In this document: one piece after another, positions 28,845-37,076 of the stretch
Numbering within the stretch: the stretch's first letter is position 1
Layout of the letters: each line of letters starts with the position of its first letter
Virus record (IMG/VR): IMGVR_UViG_3300005527_000046
Coordinates: 64,001-108,198 of that record
From: a virus
Taxonomy: Duplodnaviria; Heunggongvirae; Uroviricota; Caudoviricetes
Reading direction: 5' to 3' (one strand)
Length of the DNA stretch: 44,198 nt
Made by a program: the position numbers and the translations under genes
Notes under the pieces: model-generated
What the model saw: only the letters and a program-made list of their open reading frames with translations
The model's database searches: none
What the model was told of the DNA's origin: nothing

Positions 28845-29999
28845 TTAAACAAGTGTATCATAAAAAGGAGTTAATGCACTAAGAACAACAGGACCTAAAC
28901 TGGTAACAGTTACTTTAACTAGTGAACAAGGATTGTTATAAAGAGTTAAGGCAGGATTTGCACCAGCATTCATCAATGCAGATCTTTGAATATTGAAAGG
29001 ATTGTCAAGATAAATAGGATTAATTCTACCTAAACCACTTGCATCTCTTACAGATAGAATGTTTAGTTCTTTGTCTTTGAAACCTTCATTACCTGGCTCC
29101 ATATAACTAGGGTAGTAGTATTCAAATACATTATAATGAGTTAAGCCAGCAATAGCTGTTCCAGATGTAACTCCTACAGGACTAGTAAATGGTGTAAGTA
29201 ACAAAGCTCCATTAGCAGGATCATAGATAGCAACTTCTACTCCACCAATGTTTGCATTTGCATTAGCTAGAGAGGTGTAACCAAAGATTCTCTTAAGCAA
29301 GAATGTCTTGGAAGGTGTTTCATATGCTGTGATAGCAGCAGCAGAAGTAAGGGTCTTAGGCTCAGCAGGAATGTCTCCTTGAGTTGCTCTAAAAGCTGCA
29401 AAGTCATTATATGTATATGTAGATAAAGCATTAGTTTTTGAAGAGTTATCTTGAGCTGTAACTTCTGTCAGTACATATTTAATACCAGAAATAGGAAGTC
29501 TTTGTCCTGTATATCTAGGATCTGAAAGCTTCTCTCTTTCACTTGAATAGATTGAAAATGCTTTGAAGTCTGCATCACTAGCAGTACCCAATTGAACTCT
29601 CTTAGTTACTGCATCAAATCCACCTTGAGCTGCAATAGCTGCAATGGCTGTAGGATTCAGGAAGTAGTTTAATACTGATTCACCCAAAGATGTTTGAGAA
29701 ACTACATAGTTTACTCCAGCAACTCCAGCAGCAGTTTGATCAGCAGGTTCAACAAAGGTTGGAACAGCAGATAAAACATAGGTTGTTGCTGGTTTTAATA
29801 GAGCACTATAAGTAGAGAAATCAAATGTAGAGAAACCATATTCTTTGCCTTCTACTTCAATTGATCCACCACTGAAAGTAATTGTAGTACCAGCAATAGC
29901 TGCAGTTGGTTTAGTTACTACAGAAGCTTGATTATAAGTCTTTAAGCCGCCACTATTTCTAGCGCCTTTAAGAATTTGATTAATATTATACAATGCCAT
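28845..29999 (-). CDS. Probable second major head/decoration protein
   Basis: 384 aa, Ala/Thr/Gly-rich. First structural gene after the MCP once the inserted genes are skipped. Confidence 0.5.
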   Translation of the reverse strand: MALYNINQILKGARNSGGLKTYNQASVVTKPTAAIAGTTITFSGGSIEVEGKEYGFSTFDFSTYSALLKPATTYVLSAVPTFVEPADQTAAGVAGVNYVVSQTSLGESVLNYFLNPTAIAAIAAQGGFDAVTKRVQLGTASDADFKAFSIYSSEREKLSDPRYTGQRLPISGIKYVLTEVTAQDNSSKTNALSTYTYNDFAAFRATQGDIPAEPKTLTSAAAITAYETPSKTFLLKRIFGYTSLANANANIGGVEVAIYDPANGALLLTPFTSPVGVTSGTAIAGLTHYNVFEYYYPSYMEPGNEGFKDKELNILSVRDASGLGRINPIYLDNPFNIQRSALMNAGANPALTLYNNPCSLVKVTVTSLGPVVLSALTPFYDTLV

Positions 30000-30095
30000 T
30001 TTTATATGCCTGTTTTTTGTTGTTTGTGTTTTAAACTTGTATACATTTGTAAGTATTACTTACATTCTGTTTGTAATATATAATAGAATAAAGTT

Positions 30096-30127
30096 TATAT
30101 TGTAGGCTAAAAGTGTATAAAGTAGGC
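30096..30127 (-). promoter_or_regulatory. Two tandem copies of the GCCTAC-WW-TATA motif
   Basis: Minus strand reads GCCTACTTTATA (30127-30116) and GCCTACAATATA (30107-30096), in the divergent gap between 29999(-) and 30160(+). Confidence 0.5.
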
Positions 30128-30159
30128 ACGTTAATTAAAATTATAAAAAGAATAAATAA

Positions 30160-30441
30160 ATGGATAATCTAAAGAAAACTGTTAAAAAAGAAGAAGAGAT
30201 ATTACCTTTACTAAGTGCTGAACAAGCTAGAAAGATAGCTACATCAGGCACAAAGGAACAAGAGATGCAAGAAGTTGCAGACTTAATTAGAGCTAGAGTT
30301 GAAGCTCATAAATTTACATTAGAAGTTATAGAACTTAACTATGCTACATATATTTATGAAACATTACTTAATGCAAAGTATGAAGTAAGATTTATTAGTA
30401 CAACTGCCTTACACATTAAATGGCTAACAAAGATTGAGTAA
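30160..30441 (+). CDS. Small hypothetical protein, paralogue 1
   Basis: SAEQARKIA...LLNAKYEV...HIKW, matching the next ORF. Confidence 0.7.
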   Translation: MDNLKKTVKKEEEILPLLSAEQARKIATSGTKEQEMQEVADLIRARVEAHKFTLEVIELNYATYIYETLLNAKYEVRFISTTALHIKWLTKIE

Positions 30442-30447
30442 AAACAT

Positions 30448-30687
30448 ATGTTAAGAGCAAATGAAGCTAGACAACTAGCAGAAGTTAATACTTATAAAAT
30501 TAAATTAGAGAATGAATTATTATTAGATTCTATTATTTCTAGAATAAGATCTGCTGCTAAACTAGGATTAGTTAGTTTAGTTTTTGATACTTCAGCAAAT
30601 AAAAACTACTTTTCTTGTTACAGACCTTTATTAGATTTAGGATATAAAGTTATAGTTAAAAAAGATAAGTTTTATATTAAATGGTAA
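30448..30687 (+). CDS. Small hypothetical protein, paralogue 2
   Basis: RANEARQLA...IRSAAKLG...LLDLGYKV...YIKW. Confidence 0.7.
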   Translation: MLRANEARQLAEVNTYKIKLENELLLDSIISRIRSAAKLGLVSLVFDTSANKNYFSCYRPLLDLGYKVIVKKDKFYIKW

Positions 30688-30693
30688 ATTTTT

Positions 30694-31128
30694 ATGCTTG
30701 ATTATGATATAAAGAAACTTGTTTTTAAAGAAAGTAACAGTATTAAGTATAATGATTTTATTTCGCCTAATCGCTATTTTGGTAATTTATTTACTGTATA
30801 TAATCAATCTATATCAAATATTAAAGGTGTTAGTTGGCTATCTGCTGAGGCCTCTATTGTTTCTACTCTTATTAAACTTTTATATTATTTTAAACAAATA
30901 AACAATTTAAAGGGTACATACTTAGTTATTAATCCTATACTTAAAAAGTATATTTATAAAAATAATAAGCAATTAAAAGATGAACTATTAATATTTAGTA
31001 GAAGAATAAGTTTAAAAACTGTTAATAGTATAGATATTAATAAGGTTGTTATTCTTGGGGAGGATAATACAACTTGTATGTTAATTGAAGTATTTGACAT
31101 TAAAGATATACATAAATTAAGAGAATAA
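30694..31128 (+). CDS. Hypothetical protein
   Basis: 144-aa ORF completing the plus-strand island; its stop lies inside the following inverted repeat. Confidence 0.65.
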   Translation: MLDYDIKKLVFKESNSIKYNDFISPNRYFGNLFTVYNQSISNIKGVSWLSAEASIVSTLIKLLYYFKQINNLKGTYLVINPILKKYIYKNNKQLKDELLIFSRRISLKTVNSIDINKVVILGEDNTTCMLIEVFDIKDIHKLRE

Positions 31129-31179
31129 ATAATAAAAAAGAGACTTATATAACAGTCTCTTTTTTATTATTTATTCTCT
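31120..31179. terminator. Bidirectional terminator-like 25-bp perfect inverted repeat
   Basis: AGAGAATAAATAATAAAAAAGAGAC (31120-31144), 10-nt loop, exact reverse complement (31155-31179), between convergent genes. Confidence 0.85.
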
Positions 31180-32048
31180 ACTTGATATTTTTATATCCGC
31201 TCCATCCTTTATAAAAAGTACCTTTATTTATAAGAGAATGCATACAAGATATAGCTAATTTATTTTCTCTGCAAAAATTATTTAGATTTACACAGATATG
31301 CTCTTTTCCTTTTGGATCAGTTAAAAAGTAAGTATAAAATGTTTTAGTATTAAGATTTTTATTTATTATGAATTGGAGTCTTTTTCACCTTTTTCATTTA
31401 GAGGAATTATTGTTCCTGATATTCCTTTATAGTGATATCCAAATATTAAATTTCTTATTATAGATGGTTTTGATAAACTTAGTTGATTACAAAAATCTTG
31501 TAAGTCTAAATCATCAAATACATAAACATCACCATTTAGAGTGTTTATTTTATATTCAAATAAACTTACATATTGTTTATCCTTTCTTTTTTTTGTTCAA
31601 TTACTTCTGAGTTTTGTATATATTTAGATAAAAAAGGAATTCTAGTTTTTCTGTTTTCTGCTCTTTTACTTATTTTTAATTTAGATTCTTCTGAGTGATG
31701 TTTCCCCTGCATTGGATTTGTTTCTGCTAAAGGATTTATGTTATAACCCTTTTCTGGATTAGAAGAATCATAATAATCCATCCAATATTGTTCTCTTTTT
31801 GTTAAGAGTTCTTTATTAACAGTTCCATCACTTAATCTAGGAATTTCTTCTAGTAATTCAAATTTAAAATTAATTTCACCATATTTATTCCAAGAATGTT
31901 GTAGTCTTTGATTGTCATGTTGGTTTCTTCTGAGATTTAATTTATGATCTCCTTTTCTACCATTAAAATAAGATGTTTGGCCAATATATCTTTTGCTATT
32001 AATAATTTTGGTTATTGAATAAATTCCTGAGACTTTAGTTCTAGACAT
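31178..32048 (-). pseudogene. Free-standing GIY-YIG homing endonuclease (NUMOD3 plus two C-terminal DNA-binding repeats) split by two -1 frameshifts
   Basis: GIYSI...YIGQT...R...REQYW...GYN, then HSEESKLKIS. Frame 0 stops at 31566. One extra A at the A8 run (31587-31594) and one at the A5 run (31381-31385) restore a 290-aa ORF ending ...DPKGKEHICVNLNNFCRENKL...KGWSGYKNIK*. Confidence 0.8.
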
Positions 32049-32052
32049 AAAA

Positions 32053-32085
32053 AATAGTTGGTGTAGTTTATTTACACCAACTATT
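32053..32085 (-). terminator. Terminator after the major capsid gene
   Basis: 13-bp perfect stem AATAGTTGGTGTA/TACACCAACTATT with a 7-nt loop. The minus-strand T-tract runs straight into the GIY-YIG ATG at 32048. Confidence 0.85.
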
Positions 32086-32160
32086 ATAACTTATATTTGT
32101 CTTGTTGAACTACAATTCTCTAAATTGTTTTTATTTAACTGTATCTTTTAGAACTGCAGT

Positions 32161-33480
32161 TTATAAACTGCCATACTGCAAGTCGCCAAGGACCCCAATT
32201 CTGGTGTTAATATCTTGAATTGTACCAATGGTCATGTGAGCTACTCTATGAGGATATAGCAAGTAAGGAAGACCAGCATTACCCATTTGAATGTACATAC
32301 CAGGAGCAGCAGGGATTGGGGTATCTCTTTGTTCTCTCATCCACAATCCAGGATTACCACCTGATTCTTCTGATACACAATATTGAGTTCTACCTGGAGC
32401 TTCATAGTTACCATCAGGACCAGCTTCAGATACAAATACAACTTTGTTTCTAGGCCATAGAAACTTTCTTACACCGTCTACTGGATCACGATACCAAGTC
32501 TCAACTGTTCTAATTGGAATGCCAGCTAAGGAAATAATACCATCTGGGCCAACACCAATAGAACCAACTTGATTAGCACTTAGTACATCAGATTCAATTT
32601 GATAGCCACCACCAGTATTACTAATTAATACATTTTTGTCACCTGTTTTAGCGCCTAGTCTAGGAATAAGTCCACCAGTTTGAAGCTTAATCTCATTGTT
32701 TTCTGAGATGATCATCTTCAAGTCAGGGTGAATATACATTGCTGTAATCTTAGTCTTATTGGTTGTTTTGAACCAATAGGCAAACTTTTGAATACAGGAG
32801 ACAATGGCTGCGTCTGGTTCAGTCCAAGGCATACCAGAAGTTGTGGCTTGAGGTGTATTATAATCAACTAAACCTCTGAATAGATTGGCTTCATTTCTAC
32901 CTCTATAACCTTGAGTGTTGTTATAACTCCAGAAGTTATGAGCAGGAATTTGTGCTGATACATTAATTGGTTGGCCGCTTCTAGGATCTGTATAGTTAAT
33001 ACCACCAAGAAGAGTTAAACCTCTGTACACATCCCAAGTCAAGTTGTGAGCTTCAACAAGCTTTTCAATTTGCTTGGCTACAAATGCTTCTGGATTTTCA
33101 AAGTCATTAACAGTGCCATCTTTAATTCTAATATTAGCGTCACCCCAAGAAATGTAGTGAGAGCCTCTTAGATACAAAGGTTGTACATAACGTCTTTGAG
33201 TTGTGTATTGACTGATTCCTAATAGTTGATCTGGCTCACCAAATTTAACAGGTGTAAATAAGGTACCAGTTGTTTCAAACTTTTGTTCTATAGCAACAAT
33301 TGGTTGCTTGATAGTTTGATCTGGAAACAATTCCTTTAAAGGAGTTGAACCGACTAGAGGAAGGAAAGACTTTGCTAGTTCTAGATAACTAGGTACGCCT
33401 GGCTTCTCACTAGTACTTACTGTTTCCCAAGGAGATGCATATGCATTCATATTAAAAGCTGGAACTTGTTGTAATGCCAT
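32161..33480 (-). CDS. Major capsid protein (HK97 fold, lambda E-like)
   Basis: 439 aa after the protease/scaffold. LKELFP, YVQPLYLR, IEKLVEAHNLTWDVYRGLTLLGG, ITAMYIHP, PYLLYP patterns. Confidence 0.8.
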   Translation of the reverse strand: MALQQVPAFNMNAYASPWETVSTSEKPGVPSYLELAKSFLPLVGSTPLKELFPDQTIKQPIVAIEQKFETTGTLFTPVKFGEPDQLLGISQYTTQRRYVQPLYLRGSHYISWGDANIRIKDGTVNDFENPEAFVAKQIEKLVEAHNLTWDVYRGLTLLGGINYTDPRSGQPINVSAQIPAHNFWSYNNTQGYRGRNEANLFRGLVDYNTPQATTSGMPWTEPDAAIVSCIQKFAYWFKTTNKTKITAMYIHPDLKMIISENNEIKLQTGGLIPRLGAKTGDKNVLISNTGGGYQIESDVLSANQVGSIGVGPDGIISLAGIPIRTVETWYRDPVDGVRKFLWPRNKVVFVSEAGPDGNYEAPGRTQYCVSEESGGNPGLWMREQRDTPIPAAPGMYIQMGNAGLPYLLYPHRVAHMTIGTIQDINTRIGVLGDLQYGSL

Positions 33481-33519
33481 TTAAATTAATCTCTGTTTAT
33501 ACTACTTTTTATTGGTTAT

Positions 33520-34764
33520 TTACTTAATTTTACTAGCCTTAGCTTTGTTTTCAGCAATCAAAGTATCTATGTAAGAAGGGGCTTTTTGACCAGATACTGC
33601 ACCTGTTTGATCATCTTCAGGCATTGCATTAGAACTTAGTTTAAGTAAGCTAATGATTGCATCTTCAAATGATACTTCAGTTTCATTGCCTTTAACAGAT
33701 AGCTTAACTACATGATTAGCAGAATCAAAATTATTGATGATAGACTTTGCTGTTTCTAAAGCAGCAGGACTTACACCAGCTTTGAATGCTGTGGTTAGCT
33801 TCTCATTTAGTCTTCTAGCTTTATCACTTGAAGAAAGAGCTACAATGTATTCATTGTGGTTGTCTGCTTTACTAGTAACTGCAGATACTTGACTTGAAAT
33901 CTCATCTACCTTAGAAGTAATGGCTGCTACAGCTTCACTAGTTTTGTTAGATACAGCTTCTAAACCTTGACTAAATTTACTTGTAATTTCAGATAGTTGG
34001 TCTGCTAATGCTTGTTGAGCTTCTTGACTTTTTAAAATTAGAGCTTCTAAATCTACTGTAGACTTAGAGGTTTCTACAGCAACAGGTGCTGTAGGAATTT
34101 GTACTTCATTTTGAGTTGACATTTGTATAGACTGTTCTTGTGTATTGTTTAATTCTGATGTGTTATCAACTGGTTCTTCTTTTGATTCAACAATCTCTTC
34201 ACTTGTTTCTTCAATAGTTTCACTTAATATATTAGTAGATAATTTAATACAAATACTATTACTATGTTGATTACTACCTTGAGATAAAGTAACTATCTTG
34301 TGATCATTGAAAGGCATGAACGGCGCATTTGTTAGTGCCGTTCTTAATAAGGTTGGACCAATTACTTCTCCAGTTCTTTTATCTCTGAAGTTGTCTTGAA
34401 TCTCAGGAGAACTATATTGATAATCTCCATTTTTGATTAAGTTATATGTTTCACTATTTATATCATATAATCCATAAACTACATCACCTTCTTTGATTAT
34501 TTCTTGAAGATCTCCTCTTTTTCTTTCTCCATCTACACTTTCTGGATCAGGAGAATCAGTTAAGTGTCCTAATGTTGCATAAGGTTTAAACCCTAAAACA
34601 TTAGAATTAAAGTTTTCAATTACCTTGTCAATATAACTATCAGTTACAAGTAAAGGACCATATCCAGGAACATGCCAATTACCTTTAAGTAAAATAGGGA
34701 TTTTTGCTTTGTTACTAGATATATCAGTAGGTATTGAATCTTTATTTAATACAGGATACTGCAT
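33520..34764 (-). CDS. Prohead protease/scaffold (Mu gpI-like)
   Basis: IPILLKGNW, YATLGHLTD, YQYSSPEI, GPTLLRTALTNAPFM, followed by an acidic linker and a coiled-coil scaffold-like C-half. Confidence 0.85.
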   Translation of the reverse strand: MQYPVLNKDSIPTDISSNKAKIPILLKGNWHVPGYGPLLVTDSYIDKVIENFNSNVLGFKPYATLGHLTDSPDPESVDGERKRGDLQEIIKEGDVVYGLYDINSETYNLIKNGDYQYSSPEIQDNFRDKRTGEVIGPTLLRTALTNAPFMPFNDHKIVTLSQGSNQHSNSICIKLSTNILSETIEETSEEIVESKEEPVDNTSELNNTQEQSIQMSTQNEVQIPTAPVAVETSKSTVDLEALILKSQEAQQALADQLSEITSKFSQGLEAVSNKTSEAVAAITSKVDEISSQVSAVTSKADNHNEYIVALSSSDKARRLNEKLTTAFKAGVSPAALETAKSIINNFDSANHVVKLSVKGNETEVSFEDAIISLLKLSSNAMPEDDQTGAVSGQKAPSYIDTLIAENKAKASKIK

Positions 34765-34813
34765 TACTTATTTTGTATAGTTGTATTTATTGATTTCATA
34801 TTATATTTATTTG

Positions 34814-34854
34814 ATATATAAATGTAGGCATTTATAATACCTACATTTATATAT
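34814..34854. promoter_or_regulatory. 15-bp perfect inverted repeat made of two back-to-back (G/A)CCTACATTTATA motifs
   Basis: ATATATAAATGTAGG (34814-34828) and CCTACATTTATATAT (34840-34854), in the divergent protease/dps gap. Confidence 0.55.
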
Positions 34855-34860
34855 GACCAC

Positions 34861-34921
34861 TTGTTTAATATATTTTTCATTATATACTATTGTGTATAAA
34901 TTAAAAAAATATATTAAACAA
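34861..34921 (+). promoter_or_regulatory. 17-bp inverted repeat covering the dps translation-initiation region
   Basis: TTGTTTAATATATTTTT (34861-34877) pairs with AAAAATATATTAAACAA (34905-34921). The ATG is at 34924. Confidence 0.45.
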
Positions 34922-34923
34922 AT

Positions 34924-35427
34924 ATGGAAATGGATAATCTCCTTGATATTAAATTTACTAGAAGTCATGCTTTATCTGAAGAAGTAAGAGCAGAAGTTAC
35001 ATCTAGATTATATGGCTTGATTGCTAGTTATATTGATGCTAGTGGTATTGTACTAGAAGCGCATTGGAATAGTGAGGGTAATAATTTTATTACTGTTCAT
35101 ACTTTATTTGGGGATATTGTTGGATTATTAAATGGATTTGTTGATCCATTAGGAGAAAGAATTAGATCTTTTGGAGGCACTGCTAAAGCTAACTTAAGGT
35201 ATGCTTTGGAAAATACTTTATTAGTTGAAACTCAAGCAATTTCTAATAATATTGATAGTAATATTCAAGCAGTAGTAACTATACTTAAAAGATTAAGTGA
35301 GTTGTTATATATGTTTATTAATTCTTTAGATAGTTTAGATAAGACTACATCTAACATATTACAAGATCAATGTAATAGTGTAGATAAATACATCTATCTT
35401 TTACAAAGTCATTTGTTTAATAGCTAA
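34924..35427 (+). CDS. dps: Dps-family ferritin-like protein
   Basis: AHWNSEGNNFITVHTLF...VDPLGERIRSFGG keeps the H, H, D, E ferroxidase pattern. C-terminal DKTTSNIL...DKYIYLL; 167 aa. Confidence 0.88.
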   Translation: MEMDNLLDIKFTRSHALSEEVRAEVTSRLYGLIASYIDASGIVLEAHWNSEGNNFITVHTLFGDIVGLLNGFVDPLGERIRSFGGTAKANLRYALENTLLVETQAISNNIDSNIQAVVTILKRLSELLYMFINSLDSLDKTTSNILQDQCNSVDKYIYLLQSHLFNS

Positions 35428-35448
35428 TAACAAATATAAAATAATATA

Positions 35449-35491
35449 AAATAAAAGGAAGAGAAATAATGTTTTCTCTTCCTTTTATTTT
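35449..35491 (+). terminator. Terminator after dps
   Basis: 19-bp perfect stem AAATAAAAGGAAGAGAAAA/TTTTCTCTTCCTTTTATTT with loop TAATG. Confidence 0.85.
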
Positions 35492-35527
35492 ATTCTAATT
35501 AATAATTATACTAGGTTAAAATAATCA

Positions 35528-36124
35528 ATGCTTCTCTTAATAACAGAGCAACAAAAAGAGTTTTTATTTAAAAATACATTAGATCAAGTTGTAGATAAAG
35601 ATAGTGCAACTCTTATCTTTCTTAAGGAATTATTTGATGTAAAAGCAGAAAATAATCCACTATCTGAGCCTATCTTTTTTGTTTGTTTGTTTGAATTTAT
35701 TACTTATTTTTTGTATGTATATAGTCCTTCTTCTCTTGTACAAGATCCATGTAAGCAAGAGAAAAGAATAAAGATAATTAATGCTTGTGTAGATACATCT
35801 GCGATCTATCTACCTCTTACTGCAAAAGAAACTCTTGACAACCTTCTTCAAAATGAAGATCTTCCTGTACTAGATCTTAAATGGCTTGAAGGCTCAAAGA
35901 TTGGTCTTAGTTATAAAATCAATCCTCTTATTAGACAACTAAGAATAAATATAACTATAAAAGAAAACACTTTTTATAATGTGTTAAATATTACCAGCAA
36001 GCCAAAAATATTTAGTTTTAGTTTTGAAACTGTAGTAAAAGATCCTCTAGAGTTTTTGTATAAGATTATATCTATGTATAATGAGTTAGTAGACCTTATG
36101 CCTTATAATGAAGAAATTTCATAG
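35528..36124 (+). CDS. Hypothetical protein, paralogue A
   Basis: 198 aa. Shares Y.P.SL and YN(E/D)LVD with the next ORF. Confidence 0.7.
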   Translation: MLLLITEQQKEFLFKNTLDQVVDKDSATLIFLKELFDVKAENNPLSEPIFFVCLFEFITYFLYVYSPSSLVQDPCKQEKRIKIINACVDTSAIYLPLTAKETLDNLLQNEDLPVLDLKWLEGSKIGLSYKINPLIRQLRINITIKENTFYNVLNITSKPKIFSFSFETVVKDPLEFLYKIISMYNELVDLMPYNEEIS

Positions 36125-36678
36125 TGGAATTCATAATGGAAAAAACAATACATGATTTAGCCGCTACTAATGCAGAAAAGCAATATTTATTAAGTGTTTC
36201 TGCTCAGGAGTTTATTAATGAATTATCTACTAAAGATATATTAATCTCTACTTTAAAAGACTTTGTTGTTATTAATAACATAAGCTTATTGTGTTTATAT
36301 AATATATTATTTGTAGTTGTAGCTTTGTATTTCCCTAACTCTTTAATAGATAATCATAATAGTAAACTTGAGACTTTAGCTTATTTAAGAAGAGGATTTG
36401 ATGCTGAGGACTTTTATCAAGTTAAAATTCAAATGACTGTTTTGACTGGATATCAGTGGGAAGAAAATCCCATTAAAACTTATAAATACTCAATACAATT
36501 TTCAAAGTGGGGCTATAATAGAGTCTTTATTTTTATGGATGAAGTTGTTAGCTTTAATATGTGTGTAGAACATATTAATACTATTGACTTCAATAAAGAG
36601 GAGAACTTTAATGAATGGCTTATAAATATGTTACTTTTGTATAATGACCTTGTTGATACTTTATTTAAACATGTATGA
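36124..36678 (+). CDS. Hypothetical protein, paralogue B
   Basis: 184 aa. YFPNSLID...YNDLVDTL. Confidence 0.7.
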   Translation: MEFIMEKTIHDLAATNAEKQYLLSVSAQEFINELSTKDILISTLKDFVVINNISLLCLYNILFVVVALYFPNSLIDNHNSKLETLAYLRRGFDAEDFYQVKIQMTVLTGYQWEENPIKTYKYSIQFSKWGYNRVFIFMDEVVSFNMCVEHINTIDFNKEENFNEWLINMLLLYNDLVDTLFKHV

Positions 36679-37076
36679 AAAATTCTTTAATGTTTGTTAC
36701 TTATAATGACTACATTATTAAGTTAATTAATAATAGATTTATTAAAGATATCTCTGTTGAAACTGAAGGAGATGAAAAAGGATTTATGTACTACCATGTA
36801 AATGGTAAAAGACATAAAATTCCTCCAGTTGAAAATGCTAGTAAGATTATTGAAAATACTATAGCAGCTTTATTAATTATGGAAGGTTATGTTGTTGTTA
36901 ATAATGTAGAAGGTGTATCTATTGTTAGTAATGGAGAAGGAGATACATACTTTGTTAATGGTAATCAATGTAGCTGTCCAGATAGATTTGGTCCTTGTAA
37001 GCATGTATTCTTTTCTAATTGGTTGCTTGAATTTAGAAAGGAACAAGTAAAGTTACTTCATCAAACTACTAATTAA
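36675..37076 (+). CDS. SWIM zinc-finger protein
   Basis: YFVNGNQCSCPDRFGPCKHVF matches the CxCxnCxH SWIM signature. Confidence 0.8.
   Translation: MKNSLMFVTYNDYIIKLINNRFIKDISVETEGDEKGFMYYHVNGKRHKIPPVENASKIIENTIAALLIMEGYVVVNNVEGVSIVSNGEGDTYFVNGNQCSCPDRFGPCKHVFFSNWLLEFRKEQVKLLHQTTN

Noticed and set aside
30048-30064. Palindrome TGTAAGTA-T-TACTTACA as a cyanobacterial NtcA box
   Set aside because: Spacing is GTA-N9-TAC, not GTA-N8-TAC. It is a single occurrence; it could be some operator but that is unsupported.
31178-33480. Group I intron in the capsid gene hosting the GIY-YIG
   Set aside because: The MCP ends with its own stop at a normal length and is followed by a terminator. No second exon or room for an intron core is visible, so the endonuclease is free-standing.
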